Positions 33,238 to 51,271 of a DNA stretch of 64,000 bases are shown here, one piece after another. Origin of the DNA: Chrysomallon squamiferum (lineage: Eukaryota > Animalia > Mollusca); NCBI GenBank assembly GCA_012295275.1, contig CM022674.1, forward strand, positions 4,464,001-4,528,000. Direction: 5' to 3'. How positions within the stretch are numbered: position 1 is the first letter of the stretch; every line of letters begins with the position of its first letter. Position numbers and translations under genes: made by a program. The notes beneath the pieces were generated by a model. The model searched no databases. It was given only the letters and a program-made list of their open reading frames with translations, and had not been told where the DNA came from.

Positions 33238-33750
33238 ATATATATATAGGTATGTGTTTTGGATATATCTATACAAATATGTGTATGCTGGGAATAACTG
33301 TATAAAAAGTTTAAAAATTTCTGAATTTGTATTAGCTAGCGATGAAGCATTACCAAAGCAACATCATTTTAAAAACAATATGTATTTTTGTTAATATTAG
33401 ATACTCACATACCTATAAGGACACTCAGGACAACAACGAAACCTACAGTTTCCTCTCCAAGATCACCAGAAATAAGTATGGTATATCTACTTCTATACTA
33501 AAACATAATGCATATTGCAACGACAGAGCACTAAAAATGTAGCTACATATCTGGACTTTATGGTCAGACATATACAAATATATGATTGAATTTATGTCGC
33601 ACTAAACCACATATTCAGTAAAAATAAAACTGTAACGGATGATATAATGTATTTTAAACACTAAACTACAGACTCATTAATAATAAAACAATTTATAAAA
33701 TATTTAATGCATTTTTTGCCAACCTTCGTATTCGTTAAAAATAAAATGAT

Positions 33751-33837
<87 letters not shown>

Positions 33838-34699
33838 ACTGCAAACTTGCACTAATCTGTTTATCCATGATGATAAAGTTAATCGGTACCAGTAACTAAT
33901 AATTACATTTTATCTTGCAAACAAGAATATAAAAACAAGAATATAAACCTGGTAAAATAAGAGATCCATACACTCAATTTACTATTTTTCAAAGAGAAAA
34001 GAAAGTGAAAAAAATAAAAAATACAGTTTACACAACATAATTTATAAAATATAAATACAAGGAACAAAAACAAAAACAATAAACAAAAAACTCTCAGCAC
34101 GAATATGAAGTATTTAGAAACACACAAAGGGTATTTCACAACAGAGCTCCTGTTGCTTTCCTGATTGATACATCTGCATGGTTATACATTTTTACAGATA
34201 CATTTAAAAACCAACTCTAATAATAATAAAAAAAAAAAAAAAAAAAACAGAGACAAGGAATACTTATTCGATAGCTTCTAGTACCGAAAAAAAAAAAAAA
34301 AAAAAAAGAGACACCACTTTTTAATATGATCGTCCCCTTGCAAATTTATTTGTGATATTATTTTTTCTATCATATAATAATTTTTTTACCATGGCTAGAA
34401 GACAAGGAAATGATGGTGAAGCGTTAGCTATGTTTTCGTTAATAAGCACACTGTGAGCCAGTAACTATATTGGTGTCAATTTTACTTTAGAAATGCATGA
34501 CAACCGAATCTATCAGAATTCTTAATCACTGCTGTCAACTCTGTTTTAAGATCGTAACTAGACAATTATTTGCCTGCGCCATATGCAATAATTTAACGCA
34601 TATTTTTAATACTAACTAACTCTTTCTTTCAGTCTGTCTAGTTATCTATCTCCCTGTTTTTTATGTATCTGTGTTGTATATGTGTGTACATATGAATGC

Positions 34700-34734
<35 letters not shown>

Positions 34735-34848
34735 AATGAAGAATGTATGTATGTATTAAGGAAAGAATGTATGTGTTTAGTTATGTATGTATATCATGAA
34801 TCTAGTCTAACAATAAATAACTGCATATCGAAATCTGTTCTTTCACAG

Positions 34849-34997
34849 ACGTTAACATGTATGCTGTTAAAATACCAGCTAGTGGCAAATACAAAACAAC
34901 TAAATGTGCAGATATAAGATACAGAATCTTCTTAGACATACGCGATGGAGAAACTTTAATGATAACGTTTCAACTGGATATGGATGAGATAACTCTG
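34849..34997 (+). pseudogene. Orphan inverted copy of exon 3 of D
   Basis: VNMYAVKIPASGKYKTTKCADIRYRIFLDIRDGETLMITFQLDMDE; 149 nt, so out of phase. Flanks 34425-35100 mirror 30800-31440. No partner exons. Confidence 0.8.
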
Positions 34998-35085
34998 GTA
35001 ATTAATTTCATTTCCTGTTTAAGAAAACCAACAAAAAAAAAAAATAAATAAAAAAGAAAATCCTAGTTATTTTTGTTATAGTTGC

Positions 35086-35137
<52 letters not shown>

Positions 35138-35788
35138 TCAACAACAAACAACAAAATGTTTTAATAAATAGAAGTATGAATATTATGATGATTGGAAGAG
35201 AAAACATACTCTATGTAAATATTTAAATAATGAACTTTATTATGTGCATATAAAAATATCAGGAAGTATTAAAAGTATTAACAAAGCTTATGACGGAATT
35301 TGTACAAAAACGACATAAATCAAGCCATATAGAATACATTTAAATATTAAACATGCATATATAAATCAATTCGAATGTTTTATTGTAGTAATAATTATAT
35401 TTACCATACAGTATGGTTTATTCATGTATTTATTTATTTGTTTGTTTGTGTATTTATTTATTTAGAATATATATATATATTATCTTTGTTATTTGTTGTG
35501 TTCATGCTAACATATTTTTAGTATAGACGTCTATTTGTTTGTTTAAATATTCATTTTGTTGTTGTTATTATTATTATTGCTATTATTATTGTTGTTGTTG
35601 TTGTTGCTGTTGTTGTTATAATATTCTTTAGTAAACTATTATTTATTTTTATTATATTTTTTTGTACACATTTTCTGTATTCTGTTTTCTGTAGAAATAT
35701 AATATTATGTCTGGATATGTAAACAGAATCATAAAATAAAAATTAATTGACTTTAGCATAATGTGTTATATCATTGGATTATATGCCT

Positions 35789-35844
<56 letters not shown>

Positions 35845-36374
35845 TTTTAATTTGAAGTAATCGTTTGAAACTGAAGTCTGTTCAAGGTTTGTCACTATTT
35901 TTAACTAATTGTTTGATATTAGGTTATTATTAAGTTAATACTTATTTGTTATAAAGTCAAGAAATTTTGTTAATAAACTGAACTGTTTGCTTCAGTTCTT
36001 CTACTGCTTTTCTGTCAGTAATTCAACGTAACTGGATGTCACTAATTTTACGTCCTTGCTTGATTCAAAGTTAAACTTCACTGTTTTCACCATATTTGAC
36101 TGCATCAATGAGGTGTCTGTAGATTTATTCCGTCGTGATTCCGTCAGTGATTCTGATTCTGGAATTACTGTTTAAAATCAACATTTACTTTCATTTTTTT
36201 AGTTATTCACCTTTTATTTATTTGTTCATTTATTTATTTACTAATCTCTGTGATGAAAATGTTCTTCATCTTTATTTCTGTAATAGCAGTACTAGTACTA
36301 ATGCTGGTACTACTATTTCGACTACTATTACTATAACATTACTACTACTACTACTACTACTACTAATAATAATG

Positions 36375-36417
<43 letters not shown>

Positions 36418-36831
36418 TAATAATAATAAAATAAATAAATAAAATAAATAAATAAATAAATAAACAAACAAATACTCAAATGAACTAGGCTCAGCTATTT
36501 GGTTGTCAGTAGTTTGTTTGGCTATTGCTACAGATTACCCCGAATATCATCCAAACAGTGATACGTGAGTTATATCTTTAGTGGACAGTTAATCATTTTA
36601 TTTCTATGCGTCTGTTTGTGTGTGTTTCTCTGCCTATCTGTTACTGCATTTGTGTGCGTCTGTTTGTGCGTGTTTCTCTGTGTATGACTGTGTGTTTGTG
36701 TCTATTGATTAATGTGTACGGCTAGATATAATATTCTTACTACTTATTGCAAGAAAGCAACGAAGAATCAGAGAATACATACTTCAGTGGAATTTTAATT
36801 TTGACGAATATGTGTTTCTATACAAAATAAG

Positions 36832-38325
36832 TTAAATGTCCTTGGTACAACTTAGAGCTCCACCTGCTTGGCAAAAACATTTTTTTTTCCACCAAAACCA
36901 GCCATTATCGCTGACAGCTCCGGGTCTTTGACAGATTCCTTTGACTGTGCAACCTGTTATTAATGAAGGAACAGAATCAATGAATGAGTGAATATTTAAA
37001 CAACCCTAACAGAAAGAGAGACCAGCTATTGGGTGTCAGAAGTATAGAAATTAATAATTAAAAATTAAATAGTAAAACGGTCAAAAAAAAAAAAAAAAAT
37101 AAAAAAAAAAATAAAAAAAAAAAATAAAATAAAAAAAATAAAAAAGAATTAAATGGAAAAAAAAAAAAAAAAAATTAAATAAATTAAAAAAATTAATAAA
37201 ATAAAAATAAAAAAAATAAAATAAACTAGAATCGGAAACATCATGTGTCATCTTGTTTATCCATTCCAAAAAAAAAAAAAAAAAAAAAACGTTGAACGAT
37301 TTGTCTTGACATCGTTCTTTAAACTTCGTTGAGTCAAAGAGGTTTGACGCAAGACAGTTCAGTTCTTTCTACAATACAAAATATATATATATATGAATAT
37401 ATATATATATGATTTTATATGGAAAAATCAAACTTGATGTTTAAAATTACGACATTTGCAAACCAAAGCAAACAAAGAATATCATATTTGATTATCCTGT
37501 AAATTTACTCAGTGAAAAGAATGGACAAAAGTGGTTATTGTCATCAAGTGTTACTTTAGTGGATTTTAAAAGTCAAAAAACACACAGTAAAAAAAAAAAA
37601 AAAAACAATTAGACAAAGGTAGCGAAAAATAAAAAAAATAAAAATCTAGCACAATCTTCGATGGTGTGATACATCAAGGTAGTAAAAAACAAAATATGAA
37701 GGTTTCCCAAAATGTCAGAGAAATCAGTGCTTCGAGGAAGAGAAACAAATAGAAAACACATTCTATTCCATCATATTGATAATTGTCTTATAGTGTCTAA
37801 TTAATCAGTAGTTAGTGGGTGATCGGTAAATATTTATTGCTGTCTCTCTGAGTGCCAAACATTTCTATAATTCATAACCTAATTATTATTATTTTTTTTT
37901 AATTATTATTATTATTATTTTTTATTTATTTTTATTTTTTTTTTTATCACGTGAAGAAAGTAAGATATCTCAATACGATTGCAGAGACAGGTAATCTTAC
38001 CTTCGTGCATTTTCACAAGATAGCCGGTGCTAGCACAACGAAAATACGTGCATCCCCTTATGACGACGTTATTTACTTCGACGCAGGCGACAAAATTCTG
38101 AACTATACAAACTAAAGCTTAGGAAAAAGAAGAAAAGAAAACAAACAAGAGTCATTTTCAGCTTATCAAAACTAGAAAGAAAGCACTGACGTGGAACAGA
38201 AAATGAAGTCATCAATAAGTACAGAAGTAGTAAAACATTCTTCTTCTTCTTCTTCTTCTTCTTCTTATTATTATTATTATTACTGTTATTATTATTATTA
38301 TTACTGTTATTATTATTATTATTAC

Positions 38326-38404
<79 letters not shown>

Positions 38405-39465
38405 AATGATGACATTACTTACGAGATTTGTTCACATCTGTTTTAACAACCATGCTCAAACGTACCCTGTCCAGTATGTCTGGTTTTGTTACAGAGGCTA
38501 CGAAATTAAACGTTCCACATTTAGTCTTTATATATTTGCCCGTGGGAGGAATTCGAGTGCCATAGATCGTTACATCTGTGAAATAACTGATATTATGTTA
38601 GATTACTTTTAATTGTTTGTCTTCACTTATTTCAACCACACGCTTCGGTTTCATTATGTAGATCACACATTTAGACTTGGTTAGTGTCTGTCAGATGCAT
38701 TGACTTGATGATGATTATCTGCTATTCAGAATTAATTCTGACCGTCAAATGTTTATAAATTGATACCAGTGATGAATTAAGAGCTGATAAAGACTGACAT
38801 ATGTTTGGACTCGACGTCTTTTTCAGCGATTAAAACGTGATGATGTCTCTCAGTTCTGACAATCAATTGCATTTATTGCCTTTTGAAACTTCATTACCTT
38901 CACTGGTATAATTTTTTTTTTTTATTATTTTTTTTTTTTTTTTTTATAGTTTCTTTAATTATGCTTTGTTTATTAATTTAATAAATGTATTTATTTATTT
39001 TTTTTTTTTTTTTTTTTATTTAGCATCCACAGAGAAATATTTCAAGAAAATACTTACAGGACTTTTCAGTATTAGGAATGAGGCCGTCAGGTTGACAACA
39101 GAAAGAAGTCTTACCACTAAAGAAAGTGTAGCTGATGCATTCATTTACTTTGTACTTGCCAGCGTCTGTTTCACACATTCCGCTATCGCCATTGTAAACA
39201 GCTTTAAAAACTGAAATGAATGCAAGTAGGTAGGTCTGCGTTAACATGTATGTGTGTATGTGTTTGTATCTCTCACGTTCTGACAACAAAAATAAGAACA
39301 TAAGAATAGAAACCAAACAAACGTTAAATGAAAAAATATATAAATAAAGTAAATAAATAAGTAAAAAAATGAAAATATGTTTTAAACGTTTGAAAAGCAG
39401 CCACAAAACGTGACCTTCTCCCTTTCATTTCACTCGCAGTTTAATTATTTTACTTCAAGTTTTCA

Positions 39466-39540
<75 letters not shown>

Positions 39541-39690
39541 TTTTTCTAGTGTATTTTAATTTTTCATATAAATATCTAATTTTATTCAACAAGCATAAAG
39601 AGACTGACTTTCGTTGTTAGCAGCAATCTGAAGCAACATCACGTGCTCGAATGATGACGTCACCAGCAGGAGTAATGCTAGTGGAAACAT
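36832..39690 (-). CDS. Cys-rich modular protein copy E (208 aa, 14 Cys), intact
   Basis: Exons 39690-39609, 39210-39058, 38575-38423, 38117-38001, 36953-36832. MFPLALLLLVTSSFEHVMLLQIAANNEIFKAVYNGDSGMCETDAGKYKVNECISYTFFSGKTSFCCQPDGLIPNTEKSYVTIYGTRIPPTGKYIKTKCGTFNFVASVTKPDILDRVRLSMVVKTDVNKSPLVCIVQNFVACVEVNNVVIRGCTYFRCASTGYLVKMHEGCTVKGICQRPGAVSDNGWFWWKKKCFCQAGGALSCTKDI. Confidence 0.88.
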
Positions 39691-40424
39691 CTTGAATGGC
39701 TGAAAGCGTCAAACCAAAAAAGAGATTAATAATGTTTTTCATTAATAATAAGGTATATTAATTAAATGTAACTAAAAATTTTGAAAGGAAAAAATATAAG
39801 AATAGTATCACATACATTAGTAATTATGTCATGTTTTTAAAATGTTGACGTCATTGAGAGATAACAAAGATATTATTTTTATATTTGTAACAATATATAA
39901 CAATAAAAATATTAATACTGTGAACAAAAAAAAACTAAATAAATAAACAAACAAAAACAAAATATAATTTAAAAAAAGAAAAGTAAAAGTCAGTATTAAG
40001 TAAAAATATTAATGTCATTAGAAAGAAGTAACCAGTAAAAATATTAATAAAATGCAAGTGGGAAACCGTATTGTCATGAATCTGTTTTATTGGTAGTAAG
40101 GTAGCAAACAAAGGTATTAAATTTATTATGAACATGCACAAAGTAAAAATGTTAATTCTAGTAAAACTATCTAACAGATAAATTGAAATAAGCAGCAAGG
40201 TAACAAGCAACTAAATTAATACTAGTACAAAAATGTATAATGAGTAAATGTAATACTAGTAAAAACATGTAACAAGAAAAAACTAATATCAGTAGTAAGA
40301 TAAACAAGTAAGAATAAAAAATATTAGTAAAAATATAGACAAAGTAAACATTTTTATACTGGTGAAATCATGGCAGAAAAAAACCAAGAAGAAATATTAA
40401 TGCCTCAACAAAATGTAAGAAACA

Positions 40425-40481
<57 letters not shown>

Positions 40482-40818
40482 CATAATAATAATAATCATA
40501 ATCATAATAATATTGAATTTTTGATAATGATGATGATGATGACGATAATAATAACAATAATATAAAAACAACGAAAACAATAATATCAAAACCTGTTAAA
40601 GAATATCAGAAATCGAGAACCTCACAGGGAACAAATATTTTCACTGGTTTAATACTGTTTATGAAAATATATGACTACTGCGATTTATCAAAACAGAGTA
40701 CGTATTAAAACCGCACCCCTTTGTCATGTTATGTATTCGCACAAACAAACAAAAGCTAAACAATAGTAACATTTGGGAACAAGCTATATTCATGACAGTT
40801 CTGAAATTGTGTCTCATA

Positions 40819-40854
<36 letters not shown>

Positions 40855-41051
40855 CAAAAACAAGAACAGTAACAACAATACCAACAGCAACAACAACAGT
40901 AATAAATTAATCAATAAAAAACGAACAAAAACGAGACTGAGTTTTAAAAAAAATGTTTAAAAACGGTGACTTCTGAGCATTGATATTAAAATTCTGTCAG
41001 TAAATTACACTCATCTGACATTTTCGTTAAAACAAGGTAACATACATGCAG

Positions 41052-41242
<191 letters not shown>

Positions 41243-41479
41243 AAACATATACGCTAAAATACTGAATCTGTAATGACTGGAAAATGCCTGCTTGACATCT
41301 GAAGTAGATAAACTGACAGTAATGTATTACGTAATATCTGCTTGTCACTAGCATCAGCTAGTTTCTGTGTAAAGGTTGAGAGACTAGGTTCTGTTAGATT
41401 GCTGTTACTAGGGATGCCTGCTTGAATCTATATTCCCTGTGGTGCTGTTAGTAGATTAACAAATGTTTGCTTTTAGATT

Positions 41480-42315
41480 CAGCTTCTTGCCATTAGTTTA
41501 ACCTACTCACCTATTACCCTGACACTAGGTTGATTTACAAGCCTGACAATAGGCTCAGATACTTACACTGAGACTAGGTTCAGTTACTACCAACACACTA
41601 AGTTCAGTTACTAGCTTGACACAAGGTTCAGCAACTAGCCTAACACTAGGTTTAGTTACTAGATTAACACTAGGTTCGGCTTCTGGCATGATGCTAAATT
41701 CTTCCCTTCTAGCCTTAGCTTGATATTAAAGATTCACTGTGTTCAATTACCAGCCTGATACTAAATCCACCTACTTCCCTGTCACTATGTTCAGTTACTA
41801 GCCTGATGCTAAATTAAACTGCAAGGATGACACTGTGTTCAGTTACTAGCCTGATACTAAATCCACCTACTTCCCTGTCACTGTGTTCAGTTACAAGCCT
41901 GATACTAAATCCAGCTACTTCCCTGTCACTGTGTTCAGTTACAAGCCTGACACTAAATCCAGCTACTTCCCTGTCACTATGTTCAGTTACTAGCCTGATG
42001 CTAAATTAAACTGCAAGGATGACCCTGGGTTTATCTACTAGTCTGACACTAGATTCAGCTACTAGCATGACACTAGATTCCAGCTTCTTCCCTGTCACTG
42101 TGTTCAGTTACTAGCTTGATACTAAATTCAACTACTTCCCTGTCACTGTGTTCAGTTACTAGCGTGATACTAAATTAGACTACTTCCCTGTCACTGTGTT
42201 CAGTTACTAGCCTGCTACTAAATTCAACTACTTCCCTGACACTGTGTTCAGTTACTAGCCTGATACTATTTCAGTTACTAGCCTGATACTAAATTCAGCT
42301 ACTAGCCTGACACTG
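41480..42315. repeat. 24-bp minisatellite with 48-bp higher-order dimer, part of a dispersed element (about 40960-42315)
   Basis: Units cagttactagcctgatactaaatc alternate with cagctacttccctgtcactgtgtt. Reverse-complement relative at 62290-63270. Confidence 0.85.
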
Positions 42316-43559
42316 ATTTCTTAGATACAAAAGTCTACTTGTCACTTTCATTTCATTATGCTGGATACATCGGAATGTTATGCTTTAGTTTCAACGTGCG
42401 TGTATGTGCGTTTGTCTGTCTGTGCATGCGTCCGCATGTAAACAAAAACCTTATGTATTGTACATGTTTAGTTCGGATTGATATGATATTCTTAAAATAT
42501 CCATAAACCAGTATGTACGAAATAATTATACCCTTCATTTCAATTTCAAATTCAATTTTTTTTATTTTTTTATTTTTTATTAGCTACTTATTTCTCTATA
42601 TAGTATACACTGTATCTTCTTGTGAAAAAAACCCAGTAAATAAATAAATAAATAATAAATAAATGAAACAATTCGCCACCAAAAGCATCGATCAATGACT
42701 GAAATGTAAATCTACTGGTTTTGTCAGCTATAGTGAACATAATAGGCAATACAGCTAACAAATGAATGAAATAAATAAAACAATAAATAAATAAAACTAA
42801 AAGGAGATATTGAATTGGATCTCGTAATGGTGTTAATTTATTTGTAGCCTCTAAGAATATTATAGAAAAAAAAATTCAAAAAAATATAAAATTCAAAAAA
42901 TAAATAAATAATGAAAGCAAAAAAGGTAAAATTTGCATACAAGAAATATTGAAATATTTGACAGCGAGTGTGATAGATAACCAAGACCGAATATCTCAAA
43001 CTGCATACAAGTCAAGTGGTTAACAGACATTAAGAAGTATAAACAAGTCATAAAGAAATCCACTTCCCACACTTGAAACTGTTAATTCTATTTCTTTCTC
43101 TCGTTCTCTCACTCGATGTGTGAGCGATTATATATATGCTTATTTTTTTATGTTTGTGTCCTTGAATATATATTATTTAGTTAAATTAGAATATTTTGAA
43201 ACATTATTAACATATTCATAATACAGTTTGTGAAATAAAAGCAAAAACAATTAAAAAATAGTTTTCAAAATATGAATAATGAAAAACACAGATGCTAGGT
43301 ACATTTTTAAAAACAGTCACTTTGCATAACTGTAATAAAATGGAAATATCTGGAAATTCATATCATTATTTAATATTACGCTATAATACACCGTCCTAAA
43401 AGTAATTGAGGATATCCTGAGCTTATTATAAACAGATATACTTTACACCCACATATTTTGTACACATACACCTAACACGCATATTTATAAGGTTCTATAA
43501 TCGGAACAAATATTTATGTAGATATACCAAACACACAGAAATACATTATTTTCTTCATT

Positions 43560-43830
43560 ACAGTTATATTTTTAACGAATATGCAGTTTAGTTGAAAAAA
43601 AATACATTATGTCATTAATTACAATTCGATTTTTGACAAATATGTAGTTCATTTCTAAAACTACATTATGTCCATCGGTATAATTTTTATTTTATCGAAT
43701 ATAAAATACATTTTGACATTCATAACAATTTTATTTTGATCGAATATGTAGTTTAGTTTTAAAAATACATTATGGCATTCATTACAATTTTATTTTTTAC
43801 TGAATATGTGGTTTACTGCGACATGAACTG
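43560..43830. repeat. Imperfect tandem repeat of about 55-60 bp downstream of the F stop codon (copy at about 49500-49860)
   Basis: Recurring gaatatgtagtttagtt...aaaatacattatg...attacaatttt. Confidence 0.65.
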
Positions 43831-43832
43831 AA

Positions 43833-47077
<3,245 letters not shown>

Positions 47078-47490
47078 TTTTTGTATTTCTGAAAACTTCC
47101 AATCAAAACGATTAACAACAGAGGTCAGTTTTACAATAGACATTAATAACATACTACTAAAAATGTTTAAAAAAAGAAGTAAGAAAGAGAAAGCCGAATA
47201 TGGAAGCCAGTAGTAGCTATAGCAACTATAGCAGATAAGTATAGTAAGATAATGACGTCAGCGAGATATAAGAACAAATCCTGTTAATATTTGTGTTAAC
47301 ATGCAACAACAAAAAAATGTAATTATTAGTAGAAACAGGTAGCAAGAAAGATATTAATTCTACTAGAAACATTTATAAACAAATATGTACATGTAGCAAG
47401 CAAAAACATGTATAACAATATCAATACTGGTAGAAATATGTAGTAAGTAAACATATTAAATTTAGTAAAAGAACGTTATAGTAGTAGCAA

Positions 47491-47561
<71 letters not shown>

Positions 47562-48149
47562 TTGTGATAACAACAACAGCAGCAACAACAACAATAACAA
47601 TAAAAATGAAGATAATGATAATGATGATTATGATATAATGAAACCTGTAGTAAATTAGAGCTATCGATAGTATGAAAAAATAGAACAGGATAAATCTTAC
47701 GTTTAACAAATGTTTTCACGGCTTTAAAATAGAATTTGTGATAATATTCTAACACCGAGCATAATGTTGTAAAATTACAGATATGAAAATGTGCTGAAGT
47801 ATTAAAAGTGAAATACATAGTTAAATGAGAAAATGGATGTGTAAATGACACATCGAGGAAGATGTTCAGAATAAATTTAAATAAATTACACTGAGCATAC
47901 AAGTGTGCATGTGTTTATATATGGCTGTCTGTCTATAGGAATGCAAGTCTGTGTATATATGTATATATTTATATATGTTTTGAATGTGTTTGTGGTTGTG
48001 ATATATATATAAACATAAATTTGTGTGTCTGTGAGTTCTGTGTATATTTTTATCACATAATGTATATATATAGTTGAGTTGTTGATTATATCGTGACCAT
48101 AATAAATTCAGAGTCCCAGTAAGCACATATTTAAACCTGAATTATCATT

Positions 48150-48280
48150 ATATAGACAGTGCTTGGTAGTTACCTATATGTCGACAGATACGAAGAAATG
48201 AGAACCACTTAAATATAAGCCAAAACAAAGGACATCTAATGTGTTAAATGTGTTTGTTTCTTCTTCTTCTTCTTCTTCTT

Positions 48281-48349
<69 letters not shown>

Positions 48350-48535
48350 CTGTAATTAACGTTACAGATTTAATAATAATCACACTAGTGTATATTAAAA
48401 CATGATGTCGTGGTTACTGGTTGGTTGGTCAAATATTATTTTGTGGAATGAGTCCTCAGCGGTGACTGTTAAATCTGGTGTAGACGTACACATGCATTGT
48501 AGCTGAGAAACCTAAACTCTGGCAGCTGGAAAAGG
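48150..48535. repeat. Direct duplicate of F last-intron segment 44063-44510
   Basis: Near-identical from cagtgcttggtagt to ctggaaaagga. The 44.4 kb copy has an extra tandem unit of about 44 bp. Confidence 0.85.
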
Positions 48536-48804
48536 AATCTGTAGTTTAGTTTCTAAAATGCATTATATCATCTAGCACAGTTATATTTTTTTCTGAATAT
48601 GTGGTGTAGTGCGATACAAATATAGATTGAAGAAGGCAACCCTAGTAACAGCACTCTAACAGAACCTAGTCTCTGAACCTTTAAACAGAAACTAGCTGAT
48701 GCTAGTGACAAGCAGGTGTTACGTATTACTGACAGTTTATCTACTTCAGATGTAAACCGTTTTCCAGTCATTATTACAGATTCAATATTTTAGCGTATAT
48801 GTTT

Positions 48805-48889
<85 letters not shown>

Positions 48890-48893
<4 letters not shown>

Positions 48894-50172
48894 TTTATGT
48901 TATATATATATAAATATATATATATATATTTTATAAATTGTTTTGTTATTAATGAGTCTGTAATTTAGTGTTTAAAATACATTATATCATCCGTTACAGT
49001 TTTATTTTTACTGAATATGTGGTTTAGTGCGACGGAAATTCAGTCCTATATTTTTATATGTCTGACCATAAAATTCTGATGGATATATGTAAATACATCT
49101 TTAGTGTTGTGTAGTGGGAGTATATATTATCTTAACAAAGAAGTAGGTATACCATATTTATTTCTAGTAATCTTGGAGAAGAAGCGGAAGGTTTCATCAT
49201 TTCTCTAGGTATACTTTTTGGTATGTGAGTATTTAATATTAACAAAACAAAAAAACAACAACAACACATATTGTTATTTAAATGATGCTACTTTGGTAAT
49301 GTGTCAGCTCTATCACTAATACAGATTCAGCAATTTGTTATTTATTAAACAGATTATACCCAACATACACATATTTATATAGATATATCCAACACACATA
49401 GTTTTGCATATACACCCAACATACATATTTGTACAGATATACTAAACACTCATATTTATATACCCAACACACAAAACTATATTACGTTCTTCATGATAAT
49501 TTTAATTTTAAAAGAAAAGGACAGTTTGTTGAACAATATATTATGTCCTTAGTCATAATTTTGTTTTTTCACATCTAATGTTGTTTAATTTTTAACGAAT
49601 ATGCAGCTTAGTTAAAATCTGCAATTTCTCCTTCATTCCATTTATTTTTAATGAATATGTGGTTTAGTTTAAAAATACATGATCTTCTTAATTACATTTT
49701 ATTATTTTACGAATATGTAGTTTGGCTAAACATATTTTACATATTTCATAAATTGTTTTACTATTAATGAATATGCAGTTTAGTTTTAAAACTACGTTAA
49801 GATCTTAAATTACAATTTTGATTTTACCAAATATATAATTTAGTGCGGCATAAACTGAATCATATATTTTGACATTTCCTTCTCCATTGTCTTAACAAAC
49901 ACATTTTTCTCCCCACCACAAACAACTACTTTTCTTCCTATATACAGGTTCCTTACAGTTATCACCCATTTTGCATCATGAAATAAAAGAAAGAGGATAT
50001 TCAAATAGAAAAAAAAGATGTCACCTTGTGTTGTATACAGTGCTTGGTAATTATTTATATGTCGGTGGATACGAAGAAATATGAGCGAAAAGAAAGGATC
50101 TCTAATGTGTTATTATTTTTTAACTATTATGATTATTATGGTTATTATTATTATTATTATTATTATATTATT

Positions 50173-50208
<36 letters not shown>

Positions 50209-51227
50209 TAGTCAACTTAACATTTATTTACATCTATAAGATCTGATCTCAGATTACTTTTCAAGCCAAGATATTTCTACCGGATACAGATATATATATA
50301 TTACTGGTAGAATATTGAATAATTGGTGTATTAAGGTTGTTATCTGTTTCTACCTCGGTTGCTCGGATGACTAAATTTGGAGTCAGTCAACCGTGGCAAA
50401 TACTGAAACATTTACTTGTTTCTATCAGTAATAAGATATTTACTTGTTTCATTTTTTTTTTTTTTTTTTTTTTTTATTGTGGAATTAACACATTTACATA
50501 TTACTAGTTTCTTTTTGATTAGGCGAATTCAACAATTCAAGATGTCTGCTATAGCATTACTCCCTTTGATGATGTCATCATTCCAAACTGTGCAATCATA
50601 TACTATTATCCAAAATGCGATGGGTCAGTAATTTTAAGTTTGTTGAATATACAATAAAAGAGGAAAATTACTAAAAACCTAACAGAAAAAGGAAACAATA
50701 ACAAATAAATAAATAAGAAGAAACGAAAAAGATATAAAAAAGACAAAAAAAAAAAGCCAAGACATCCACAACAATAACAACAACAGTAATAGTAAAAATA
50801 ATGATGATGATAATGATAATAATAATAATAAGTAATAATGATAATAATAATAATAATTAATATTATTATTATGAAATACTACTACTACTATACATTATAA
50901 CAATAATAATATGAAGAAAAACAACAAGTTGTTGTAGTAGTAGTAGTAGTAATTCTAGCAACGAGGGCAGCACATCAGATGTAGAAAGGGACAGACAGAC
51001 ATATAGATCCGACCCATATATTTATTTATTTCAGCAAGCAAAGCTTATTGGGATAACGACACACACAAGTGTGTGACTGAGTGGGGCAACTTTTCAGCAG
51101 GCAGAGTAGTCCATGTATACAAGTTCCATGGTAAAGCTTATCTTATCTGTAAATATGGTGAACTCAGATTTGATATGAATAGTTCCTGTAAGTATTTTCA
51201 GGAAATGTTTCTCTGTAGATATTTCAG

Positions 51228-51271
<44 letters not shown>

